DNA from: Candidatus Falkowbacteria bacterium
Lineage (GTDB): Bacteria; Patescibacteriota; Patescibacteriia; Patescibacteriales; XYC2-FULL-47-12
Length of the DNA stretch: 41,380 nucleotides
Reading direction: 5' to 3'
Assembly: GCA_043811275.1 (NCBI GenBank)
Contig: JBDRNG010000005.1
Span: 1-41,380, forward strand
In this document: one piece after another, positions 26,390-35,409 of the stretch
Layout: every line of letters starts with the position of its first letter
Numbering within the stretch: the stretch's first letter is position 1
Notes under the pieces: model-generated
What the model was told of the DNA's origin: nothing
The model's input: only the letters and a program-made list of their open reading frames with translations
Databases searched by the model: none
Translations under genes and position numbers: made by a program

Positions 26390-27085
26390 ATGAAAAATTT
26401 TAAGAAATTGGAGGATTCCATTGGAGTTAATTTTAAAAATGAGGACTTATTAAAACAAGCCCTTGTCCATCGTTCTTATATTAATGAACATAGTGATTTT
26501 GAACTTGACCATAATGAACGGTTAGAGTTTTTAGGTGATGCGGTTTTAGAAATTGTGGTTACTGAATTTTTGTATCATAAATTTCCAGAAAAACCAGAAG
26601 GGCAGTTAACCAACCTGCGTGCTAGTTTAGTGAACGCCAAGATGCTGACACAGATAGCTTATGAACTAGGGATTGAACCCAATTTATATTTAAGTAAAGG
26701 AGAATCAAAAGACAGTAATACTAAAGCGCGCAATTATATTATAGCTGATGCGGTTGAGGCTATTATCGGAGCGATTTATTTAGATCGAGGAGCAAGTGTT
26801 GCTAAGAAATTCATTGTAGAAAAAATCCTTTCTCATTTAGACGAAGTGCTGGATCAACAGCTTTATTTGGATCCTAAAAGCACTTTTCAGGAAAAAGCGC
26901 AGGAATTATATAATATTACCCCTCATTATTCCGTACTTTCTGAAATAGGACCAGATCATAAGAAAATATTTGATGTAGGGGTTTATATTGGCGAAGAATT
27001 AGTCGCCAAAGGCAAGGGAACAAGTAAGCAAGAAGCGCAGGTTGAGGCGGCTTTAACGGCTATTGAGAAGAAAAAATGGTCATAA
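26390..27085 (+). CDS. rnc: Ribonuclease III
   Basis: NERLEFLGDAVLE signature, ADAVEAIIGAIYLD, and a C-terminal dsRBD. Confidence 0.92.
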   Translation: MKNFKKLEDSIGVNFKNEDLLKQALVHRSYINEHSDFELDHNERLEFLGDAVLEIVVTEFLYHKFPEKPEGQLTNLRASLVNAKMLTQIAYELGIEPNLYLSKGESKDSNTKARNYIIADAVEAIIGAIYLDRGASVAKKFIVEKILSHLDEVLDQQLYLDPKSTFQEKAQELYNITPHYSVLSEIGPDHKKIFDVGVYIGEELVAKGKGTSKQEAQVEAALTAIEKKKWS

Positions 27086-27222
27086 AATAAATAATAACCA
27101 GTTTAACCGTTAGTATTTTGAGAGACAAATTTAGTTATGTGATTTTTTTAACTTATTTCCCCCATAAATCTACCAGCCAGCAACTGCGTAGCTGTGGGCG
27201 GGTAAATTTGTGGGGTATACGC

Positions 27223-27250
27223 TTGACACTTATTTTTGTTAGTGTATAAT
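27223..27250 (+). promoter_or_regulatory. Near-consensus sigma70 promoter, candidate rRNA operon promoter
   Basis: TTGACA, 16-nt spacer, TATAAT. Confidence 0.55.
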
Positions 27251-27347
27251 AAGGATACTTGTTAATAACTTGATAATACACAAAATATGATAAATAAAGC
27301 CTTAGTACATAATAAAAATGGCGGTTAAAACATCAGCTTAATTTTTT

Positions 27348-27368
27348 GTGTTGATTCGACCGCCAAAA
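27348..27368 (+). terminator. Terminator-like hairpin inside the rRNA leader
   Basis: accgcc-aaaa-ggcggt followed by ttttt. Confidence 0.4.
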
Positions 27369-27569
27369 GGCGGTTTTTTGGTACCCTAGTTACCTTAAAA
27401 AAGAAATTTAAAAATCCGTGTTAATCTGTTTTAAATTTGTGTTGATTAGTGACAAATTATACACAAATTTATTCAGATATTTACTAATATCTACATTTCG
27501 TAATTTAAAGTAACTAAATTTAACATCTGATAATTGTAGAATATATGTAATTACTAGCTGTTAATGAAT

Positions 27570-27581
27570 GAACTTTAACAA
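27570..27581 (+). promoter_or_regulatory. BoxA-like antitermination element
   Basis: gaaCTTTAACAA compared with the boxA consensus GCTCTTTAACAA. Confidence 0.3.
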
Positions 27582-28007
27582 TTGAATAAAAAGCTAATTA
27601 AAGCTAATTAAAATTAGATCAAATATATTTATTGCAATTTCAACCCTGTTAAATATCCTATAGATATTACAGGGTAAAAATCTTGTTAGATATTATTTGC
27701 AACTTTTAACAAGATTAATTCCGTAAAACGGAATAAATCCCGTAAATCTTAACGGGATAAACTTTATGGATATAAAATCTGTAAGGTAAAGAGTAATTTA
27801 AGGGTGTATGGTGAATGCCTTGACATTAAGAGACGATGAAGGACGTAGCAGCCTGCGATAAGCCTCGCTTAGGTGGCAAGCAACCTTTGAAGCGGGGATT
27901 TCCGAATGGGGAAACCCACTCTGTTGAAGACAGAGTATCCTGACATACGTCAGGATGAGTACCCGGGGAATTGAAACATCTTAGTACCCGGAGGAAAAGA
28001 AAAAAAT

Positions 28008-28122
28008 GCTTTGCAATTTTACATTTGACATTTAACCACGCACTCACTATGTGAAGCGTGGTAAACTTTTGACTTTTAACCTTAAGTTGATTGTCAACTG
28101 TCAAGTGTAAAATTTGCGAAGC
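28008..28122 (+). other. 23S insertion 1: about 115-nt hairpin roughly 220 nt from the 5-prime end
   Basis: It lies between ggaaaagaaa and attccgtaagtagtggcgagcgaa, which are only about 10 nt apart in E. coli. The stem is gctttgcaattttaca/tgtaaaatttgcgaagc. Confidence 0.75.
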
Positions 28123-28460
28123 TTATTCCGTAAGTAGTGGCGAGCGAAAGCGGATCAGCCTAAACTTTATAGACCGCGTTTTTATTTTGGCTTCGGCTAA
28201 TTTGAGAACAGAAGGACCCAAGTCCATATGTCTATAGGGTGTTATAAGATTTTTATATTTATTGCTTGGATTCAATAAGGTAGAGACAAAATTTATAATT
28301 TCTAATTGAACGGTCTGGAAAGGCCGGCCAAAGATGGTGATAGCCCAGTAAGTGAAAGAAATTATAACTCTACGATAAAAATTCTTAAGTAAGGCGGGAC
28401 TCGAGAAATCCCGTTTGAAGTTGGGTCGACTATGATCCAAGGCTAAATACTCTTAATGAT

Positions 28461-28497
<37 letters not shown>

Positions 28498-28554
28498 CAT
28501 CCCGGGAGGGAGGTGAAATAGTACCTGAAACCATATACTTACAAAGAGTAGGAG

Positions 28555-28659
28555 CTTCGCTAACGCTTCGCTAACATTTAACAATTAACATTTAACATTT
28601 GACAAAGATAGTCAGGTGTCAAGTGTCATAAGTTAAGTGTTCACGGAGCGATAGCGGAG
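28555..28659 (+). other. 23S insertion 2: extended helix-25-region hairpin (about 105 nt)
   Basis: It lies between cctgaaacc...agtaggagc and gtgactgcgtgcc. The arms carry aacatttaac / gtcaggtgtcaagtgtca motifs. Confidence 0.75.
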
Positions 28660-29290
28660 TGACTGCGTGCCTATTGAAGAATGAGCCAACGAGTTGCTTC
28701 TATGTGGCTTACATAAATCTCGTTTTGGGAGATATGTGTAGTGAAAGCGAGGGTTAACCGCCCGTATTCTTACTTTATGTAAGATAGTCGCATGGAGCAG
28801 ACCCGAAGCCGAGTGATCTAGCCATGGCCAGGTTGAATGTCGTCGAAAGACGACAGGAGGACCGAACCCACTGATCGTGCAACATCAGGGGATGAGCTGT
28901 GGTTAGCGGAGAAATTCCAATCGAACTCGGCAATAGCTGGTTCTCCTCGAAATAGCTTTAGGGCTAGCCTCGGATGCTGACTACAGGGGGTAGAGCACTG
29001 GATAAGAGTTGGGTCTTCGGATACCATTCTTAATCAAACTCCGAATACCTGTAGGTGTAATCCGGGAGTTAGACTATGGGGGCTAAGCTCCATTAGTCAA
29101 AAGGGAAACAGCCCAGATCACCAATTAAGGTCCCTAAATTCATGCTAAGTGTGAAAGGTGGTGTCGCGACTGCGACAACTAGGAGGTTGGCTTAGAAGCA
29201 GCCATCCTTTAAAGAAAGCGTAACAGCTCACTAGTCTAGTTACCGCGCGCCGAAAATGTAACGGGGCTAAGCATGATACCGAAATTGTGA

Positions 29291-29454
29291 ACCGCACACA
29301 GTGCGGAAATCCCAAATAATAAATTCCAAATTCCAAAGAAATTCTAAATAATAGATTATAAATCCAAAAGTCGACTTTATAATTTTGACTTTATAATTTG
29401 ATATTTCTTTGTTATTTGGTGCTTGAAATTTGGAATTTCCGCACTGCGTGCGGT
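29291..29454 (+). other. 23S insertion 3: helix-45-region hairpin (about 164 nt) with family A AT-rich arms
   Basis: It lies between ggggctaagcatgataccgaaattgtga and ggtagaggagcattc. The basal stem is ccgcacacagtgcgg.../...ccgcactgcgtgcgg. Confidence 0.8.
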
Positions 29455-29994
29455 GGTAGAGGAGCATTCTGTATTTATTGAAGCTATCTTGTGAGAGATA
29501 GTGGAAAGTACAGAAGAGAGAATGTTGGCATAAGTAGCAAAAAGGCGGGTGAGAACCCCGCCCACCGAAAGCCTAAGGGTTCCTGGGCAACGTAAATCGG
29601 CCCAGGGTTAGTCGGTCCTAAGGTGAGTCTAGTGTAATGCTAGGGTAGCCGATGGATGATGCCGTTAATATTCGGCAACTACTATTGTATTTCAATGGAG
29701 TGACGCATTAGCGATGTTTGAGCGTTCTATGGTATGGACGTTGCTACTGGCGTCTGGCTGTTCCAGGTAAATCCGGAACACTTTTAGCCAGATAAAAGTG
29801 GCAGAAGTTGAAGCCTTGTGCGGAAGCAATTCAAGTTGAACTGGTGCCTAGAAAAGCTTCTAGAGCTAATGCAATAGTAACCGTACCGTAAACCGACACA
29901 GGTAGGCGAGGCGAGAAGCCTCAGGTGCACGAGAGAACCTTCGTTTAGGAACTCGGCAAAACAGCGGTCGTAATTTCGAGATAAGGCCTGCCTG

Positions 29995-30160
29995 CCGATG
30001 CGTAGCATCGGAAATTTCAAAATCCAAAATCCAAATAACAAATAAACTCTAAATAATAAATTATAAATTTCAAAATTATCTTTATAATTTAAAGTTTAGA
30101 ATTTAAAATTTGTTTGTTATTTGTTATTTGGTGCTTGTAATTTCCGCTGCTATGCAGCGG
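29995..30160 (+). other. 23S insertion 4: hairpin in the variable helix-63 region (about 166 nt)
   Basis: It lies between ggaactcggcaaa...gataaggcctgcctg and tgggtcgcagctaacgaccccgagtgactgtttatcaaaaacacag. Confidence 0.7.
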
Positions 30161-30281
30161 TGGGTCGCAGCTAACGACCCCGAGTGACTGTTTATCAAAA
30201 ACACAGCTCCCTGCTAACTCATAAGAGGATGTATAGGGGGTGACGCCTGGCCAGTGTCCGAACGTTAAGGGGAAGGGTCAA

Positions 30282-30444
30282 CTGTGTATAGCACAGAAAT
30301 TCCAAATCCCAAATAACAAAAAACAAATAAATTCTAAATCACAAATTCAAAATTTCAAAGAAAGAGTTTTGAATTTAGTGCTTGAAATTTTAAATTTGTT
30401 TGTTATTTGGTGCTTGTATTTTGGATTTTCCGTGCTGTGCACGG
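30282..30444 (+). other. 23S insertion 5: hairpin at the tip of the helix about 40 nt 5-prime of H69 (probably H68), about 163 nt
   Basis: It replaces the short loop between gttaagg..gggtcaa and tgaagcttt...ggccgtaactataacgg. Confidence 0.7.
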
Positions 30445-30475
30445 TGAAGCTTTGAACTGAAGCGCGGATGAACGC

Positions 30476-30516
<41 letters not shown>

Positions 30517-30699
30517 ACGGGTAAGTTCCGTCCTGCACGAATGGCGTAACAACTTGGGGACTGTCTCAACGAAGGACTCGGCGAAATTGCAAGGCGAGTA
30601 AAGATGCTCGCTACCCACAGCCGGACGAAAAGACCCCGTGAAGCTTTACTACAGCTTGATATTGTATTTTGATATGCTCTGTTCAGCATAGGTGGGAGA

Positions 30700-30903
30700 C
30701 TGTGCGCAGCACAGAAATTCTAAAGAGTTTTTAAACTCAAATACCAAAGCACAAAATTCAAAATAAATTAAAATAATAAAATTTAAATGATCATCCCGAG
30801 TGTTCGGGATTGAACATTTAATATTTGAATTCTAATATTGTTTTGAGTTTTGAGTTTAGGATTTTGAGCTTGAGATAATTTGGAATTTCCGTGCTGTGCG
30901 CAG
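30700..30903 (+). other. 23S insertion 6: about 200-nt hairpin occupying the L1-stalk (H76-78) region
   Basis: It lies between ataggtgggaga and ttgccagtgagataccaccc. The apex carries tcccgagtgttcggga. Confidence 0.7.
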
Positions 30904-31262
30904 TTGCCAGTGAGATACCACCCTTAGTCTATTAGAATACTTACCTCCCTCCGTTATCCGGAGAAGGGACAGTATCTGGTGGGTAGTTTGTCTGGGGCGG
31001 ATGCCTCCCAAAATGTAACGGAGGCGTTTACAAAGGTTGGCTATCCCGGGATGGAAACCCGGGAGATAGTGTAAAGGCATAAGCCAGCTTTACTGCGAGA
31101 CCTGCAAGTCAAGCAGTTGCGAAAGCAGAACTTAGTGATCCGACCGTCCAATATAGGATGGCGGAAGCTCAACGGATAAAAGCTACTCCGGGGATAACAG
31201 GCTAGTCCTTTCCAAGAGTTCACATCGACGAAAGGGCTCGGCACCTCGATGTCGGCTCGTCT

Positions 31263-31293
<31 letters not shown>

Positions 31294-31339
31294 TGGCTGT
31301 TCGCCAATTAAAGAGGCACGCGAGCTGGGTTCAGACCGT

Positions 31340-31751
31340 CAAGTAATTGAAGATTTATGATTTTAGATTTATGATTTCTTCAATTTTTTGACAATCTGAA
31401 CCCTTAAAGACAATTACGGCGGCGTTTAGCAGTAATGCTAAATGTAAAGCTAACTTATATCGGTAGAATCCTAAAAATGTGATGAGAAATCACAAAGCTC
31501 TAATCTCTAAATCCAAAACAAATTCAAATAATAAAATTTAAAATACGGCGTTTTTGAACATTATAAATTTGAATTTTGATATTATTTTGAGTTTAGGATT
31601 TATGATTTTGAGTTTTTATAAATATTAGGATAATACCGAGGGAATCCTTAATTTAAGATATTAAGGAGCCCGTAGAGACTAAACGTTAGCCTCCCGAAGC
31701 ATTTCGGGATGAAGTTATAGTCCATACACCTGGTAACAGGTGAGTAATATG
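31340..31751 (+). ncRNA. ORF-less group I intron in 23S domain V, at the site equivalent to the I-CreI / Cr.LSU homing site
   Basis: It interrupts gaccgu|cguaagacaggucgg. The 5-prime exon can end in U and the intron in G. R-like element guAGAGACUAAAc at 31672-31684, S-like element gAAGuUAUAGUCC at 31711-31723. P3 is gctaac/gttagc, P4 is tcggta/taccga, P8 is tcccgaa/ttcggga, and P9 is cacctg-GTAA-caggtg. Confidence 0.75.
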
Positions 31752-32228
31752 CGTAAGACAGGTCGGTCTCCTATCCGCTGTGGGCGTTGAAATTTGAGAA
31801 GATCTTTCCCTAGTACGAGAGGACCGGGAAGGATAAACCTCTGGTGTACCAGTTGTTCTACCAAGGGCATTGCTGGGTAGCCACGTTTAGTTAGGATAAG
31901 TGCTGAAAGCATATAAGCACGAAGCCGTCTTCAAGATTAGATTTCGTAGGATCGTCAGAGACTATGACGTTGATAGGCCCTATGTGTAAGCGCAGTAATG
32001 CGTTAAGCAGAGGGGCACTAATAATCCATTTTACTCTTTACCTTTTAGGTTTTATACACTGAGTCAATAGATATATTTAGAAATATTTCTATAATTACTT
32101 TTTTTAGTTAAAAATAAATAGAATACACAATCTTGGTGCTTCTTGTCCCGTCATTCAACGGGATAAACTCCGTGGTATTTTGTCATAAAGGCGAAATTAA
32201 AGTAGCGCATTAAAATTAAGTGTAAAAT

Positions 32229-32344
<116 letters not shown>

Positions 32345-32399
32345 ATTTTACACTTAATTTTTTTTATTTAAAGCCGACTTGTCCCGTCGGATGACGGGG

Positions 32400-32427
32400 T
32401 GGTACTTAGGCTTGTTCCTTGGGAGAG
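32400..32427 (+). repeat. 28-nt duplicate of a 5S segment (tggtacttaggcttgttccttgggagag) downstream of the 5S gene
   Basis: Identical to 32301-32328 by direct reading. Confidence 0.8.
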
Positions 32428-32533
32428 CTCGCCTCCACTTTGAGCTACGGCGGAGCAAAGTAGGTTGGAGTTTATCCCTCCGTAGTCCCGCAGTATTGCG
32501 GGGAGAAGGGGGATATTTTATTTTTGTCAAAAA

Positions 32534-32562
32534 AGAAAAGCACTTGCTACTTTTCTTTTTTT
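32534..32562 (+). terminator. Possible rRNA operon terminator
   Basis: agaaaag...cttttct followed by a T-run. The stem is AT-rich and weak. Confidence 0.4.
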
Positions 32563-32614
32563 AATTTAAACTAAAATTGAATTTGTTCATTACAAAAATC
32601 GGAGGTAATATATC

Positions 32615-33583
32615 ATGATCGGCGATTTAGTGTTACTACCCGGAAATTCTAATCCCAAATTATTTAAAGCAATTGAACAATACATCAGGGGCTTGCCAGG
32701 CTGGTCAAGAGTTAATTCTGTAGATTGTACTATAGGCACTTTTAGTGATACTGAACCAAGAATTGAAATCAAAGAAAACATAAGAGGTAAGGATGTTCAT
32801 ATTTTGCAGTCAACTTGTTCTCCTGTGGGCCATAATTTTATAGAGCTTTGTTTAATGACAGATGCTTGTCGTAGGGCATCAGCTCAAAATATTACAGTAG
32901 TAATCCCATATTTTGGGTTAGCCCGACAAGACAGAAAAAAGAAATCAAGAGAGCCTATTAGCGCGAGTTGGGCATGTAAAATTTTAAAAGCATCTGGCGC
33001 TGATCGTATTATTAGTATGGATTTACATGCAGGGCAGATTCAAGGTTTTTTTGATGGTCCTTATGATAACCTATATGCCAGGCCAGTTTTTATGGAATAT
33101 ATCAAAAGTAATTTTGATGTAAGTAAGCTGGTTGTTGTTTCTCCTGATGCTGGCGGGGCGGATAGGGCTAGAGGATTAGCCATGCGTTTAGGCGATTTAC
33201 TAATTGCCATTATTGATAAACGGCGCTCTAAGCCTAATGTTGCAGAGGTTCATCATGTTCTTGGAAAAGTTAAAGGTAAAATAGCTATAATCTTTGATGA
33301 CATTGCTGATACAGCCGGAACATTGAAAAGCGCAGCGCAAGCATTGAAAAAGAAGGGAGCAATAGAAGTGTATGGAGCCTGCACTCATCCAGTGTTATCT
33401 GGAAAAGCTATAAAAAACATTAATAACTCTTGTTTAAAAGGGCTAATTGTTACAGACACTATCCCTCTGAACGGTAAGGCAAAAGAATGCAAAAAAATAA
33501 TAGTTCTTCCTGTTGCTGAAATAGTAGCCAAAGCAATTATGTGTTCACATAATGGTGAATCAGTATCCGCTCTTTTTAAATAA
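32615..33583 (+). CDS. prs: Ribose-phosphate pyrophosphokinase
   Basis: FSDTEPRIEI, VIPYFGLARQDRK, DLHAGQIQGFF and DDIADTAGT. Confidence 0.92.
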   Translation: MIGDLVLLPGNSNPKLFKAIEQYIRGLPGWSRVNSVDCTIGTFSDTEPRIEIKENIRGKDVHILQSTCSPVGHNFIELCLMTDACRRASAQNITVVIPYFGLARQDRKKKSREPISASWACKILKASGADRIISMDLHAGQIQGFFDGPYDNLYARPVFMEYIKSNFDVSKLVVVSPDAGGADRARGLAMRLGDLLIAIIDKRRSKPNVAEVHHVLGKVKGKIAIIFDDIADTAGTLKSAAQALKKKGAIEVYGACTHPVLSGKAIKNINNSCLKGLIVTDTIPLNGKAKECKKIIVLPVAEIVAKAIMCSHNGESVSALFK

Positions 33584-33589
33584 TAATCT

Positions 33590-33629
33590 ACTCCCTCTTT
33601 GAATTTTCAGAGAGGGAGTTTTGCTTTTT
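33590..33629 (+). terminator. Intrinsic terminator after prs
   Basis: actccctct...agagggagt followed by tttgcttttt. Confidence 0.7.
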
Positions 33630-33778
33630 ATGTCAACATTTGTTACGCTAAGGATACTTATTCTCATAAATTTTAGCAATGATTCATAAGATTAATATGA
33701 TTATTTTTAAAATTTTTATCTTATAAATCTTATGAATCCTTGCTAATTACATTATTTAAAATAGCTTAGTAATAGTTT

Positions 33779-35080
33779 ATGCAAAAAATTCTAGACCTCC
33801 ACATTCATTCCAAATATTCCCGCGCTTGTTCAAAACAATTAGAACTAGAACAAATTGCGCGAACATGTGAAATAAAAGGCGTTGATATAATCGCGACTGG
33901 TGATTTTACTTTTCCAAAATGGCAGCAAGCCCTCGCCCTAACCCTCTCCCAGAGGGAGAGGGGGCTCTATATTTTGAAAGATGGTAGTAGTAATGTACGA
34001 TTTATTCTGTCTACAGAATTAGCCTTGATTTACAAGCAGGGTGAGGGACACGCTAGACGGTTGCACTTGGTAGTGCTGGCTCCGAATTTAGAAGCAGTTG
34101 CTAAGTTTAATAAATATTTAGAAGATCATGATTATAATATTAAGTCTGATGGACGACCAATACTGGGAATGTCAGCTATTGAACTATGTAAAATATTATT
34201 TAATATAGACGAGAAGTTTATGGTAATTCCAGCGCATATTTGGACGCCATGGTTTGCTGTTTTTGGTTCTAAATCTGGTTTTGATAGCATGGCAGAATGT
34301 TTTGGTGAATTTACTAAAAATATTTACGCTTATGAAACTGGATTATCAAGTGATCCAGCTATGAATTGGCGGGTGTCAGAATTAGATAATTTAACATTGC
34401 TTTCTAATTCAGACGCGCATAGCTTACCAAATATTGCTCGCGAAGCAAATGTATTTGAAATGTCAGAAGTTAGTTATGATGTAATTTATGACATTATAAA
34501 AAATAGTTCTCCTAAAAAGCGAGCTCAAAACAAGAATTCAAAGTTTGGCGAGTTGCTTTATACTATAGAATTTTATCCAGAAGAGGGGATGTATCATTAT
34601 GACGGGCATCGGGATTGCCAAGTGCGCCTGGCTCCGGCAGAAACAAAAAAACACCAAGGCATTTGTCCTAAGTGCAAGAAAAAATTAACCGTCGGCGTTG
34701 ACTATCGCGTTAATGAATTAGCTGATAGGGAATTAGGATTTAAACCCAAAGGAGCAGTGGATTTTAAAAAATTAGTAGAGTTGGATAAAATAATTGCTGA
34801 AAGTATGGATATAAAAAGTCGTAGTTCGCAGAAAGTGCAAATAGAATATCAAAAGTTGATTAAAAAAATAGGCACCAATGAATTAGATATTTTAATTAAC
34901 CAACCATTAGATGCTTTAGCCAAAGCTACTCTGCTAGAAGTTGTGGAAGGTATTAAGCGTGTTCGTGAAGAAAAACTTATTATTGAACCCGGCTTTGACG
35001 GGCAATATGGCACAATTAAAATTTTTAATCCTGAAGAAAAAGCAAGTAATAAGCAAGCTAAACTTCCCCTCATCCTCTAA
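33779..35080 (+). CDS. Endonuclease Q-like PHP-domain nuclease (TIGR00375-type)
   Basis: LDLHIHSKYSRA, ATGDFTFPKW, IPAHIWTPWF, ETGLSSDP, LLSNSDAHS, a zinc ribbon CQV...CPKCKKKLTVGVDYRV, and a C-terminal PGFDGQYG. This pattern matches my recollection of Pyrococcus EndoQ. Confidence 0.8.
   Translation: MQKILDLHIHSKYSRACSKQLELEQIARTCEIKGVDIIATGDFTFPKWQQALALTLSQRERGLYILKDGSSNVRFILSTELALIYKQGEGHARRLHLVVLAPNLEAVAKFNKYLEDHDYNIKSDGRPILGMSAIELCKILFNIDEKFMVIPAHIWTPWFAVFGSKSGFDSMAECFGEFTKNIYAYETGLSSDPAMNWRVSELDNLTLLSNSDAHSLPNIAREANVFEMSEVSYDVIYDIIKNSSPKKRAQNKNSKFGELLYTIEFYPEEGMYHYDGHRDCQVRLAPAETKKHQGICPKCKKKLTVGVDYRVNELADRELGFKPKGAVDFKKLVELDKIIAESMDIKSRSSQKVQIEYQKLIKKIGTNELDILINQPLDALAKATLLEVVEGIKRVREEKLIIEPGFDGQYGTIKIFNPEEKASNKQAKLPLIL
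33929..33964. repeat. Family G palindromic repeat in frame in the EndoQ-like gene
   Basis: gccctcgccctaaccctctcccagagggagagggg, translated as ALALTLSQRERG. Confidence 0.85.
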
Positions 35081-35145
35081 CCCCTTCTCCCAAAGGGAGA
35101 AGGGGAGCTCCCTCTCCTCTAGGAAGAGGGTTGGAGTGAGGGCGA
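35065..35145. repeat. Compound family G-like palindromic repeat spanning the EndoQ stop codon
   Basis: cccctcatcctcTAAccccttctcccaaagggagaagggg...ctctcctctaggaagagggttggagtgaggg. Confidence 0.75.
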
Positions 35146-35153
35146 CACCAAAA

Positions 35154-35205
35154 ATCCCACACTATCTAGTGTTAATTATTTAACAACATATAGTGTGGGA
35201 TTTTT
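35154..35205. terminator. Bidirectional terminator between the EndoQ-like gene and the H1-like gene
   Basis: atcccacactat...atagtgtgggat with flanking A- and T-runs. Confidence 0.7.
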
Positions 35206-35208
35206 ATT

Positions 35209-35409
35209 TTATTTCTTTTTTCTACGTTTAGCTGGCTTTCTCTTCTTAGTAGCCTTTCTTTTAGCTGGCTTTCTCTTCTTAGTGGCCTTTCTTTTAGCTG
35301 GTTTTCGTTTAGCTACTTTTTTGCGTTTTGGAGTAGCTTTTCGTTTAGCTACTTTTTTACGTTTAGCTGGCTTTCTCTTCTTAGTAGCCTTTCTTTTTTT
35401 AACTGGCAT
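35209..35409 (-). CDS. Histone-H1-like, extremely basic K/R/A/P repeat protein (66 aa)
   Basis: SD aggagg lies 9 nt upstream. There are 33-nt tandem repeats encoding KRKATKKRKPA-type units. Confidence 0.7.
   Translation of the reverse strand: MPVKKRKATKKRKPAKRKKVAKRKATPKRKKVAKRKPAKRKATKKRKPAKRKATKKRKPAKRRKKK

Noticed and set aside
27348-27368. Treating the leader hairpin as proof that the 27223 promoter does not drive the rRNA
   Set aside because: rRNA operons commonly read through terminator-like structures by antitermination, and a boxA-like element and nusB are nearby. The sequence alone cannot decide this.
30700-30903. The direct repeat ctgtgcgcag on both flanks of 23S insertion 6, as a possible 10-bp target-site duplication
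   Set aside because: The motif is quasi-palindromic and the two flanks also pair as the basal stem. The other insertions have inverted rather than direct flanks, so a TSD interpretation is not supported.
32379-32564. 61-aa ORF after the 5S gene
   Set aside because: It is composed of GC-rich repeat hairpins plus the duplicated 5S segment, and has an R/G/L-rich composition typical of translated repeats.
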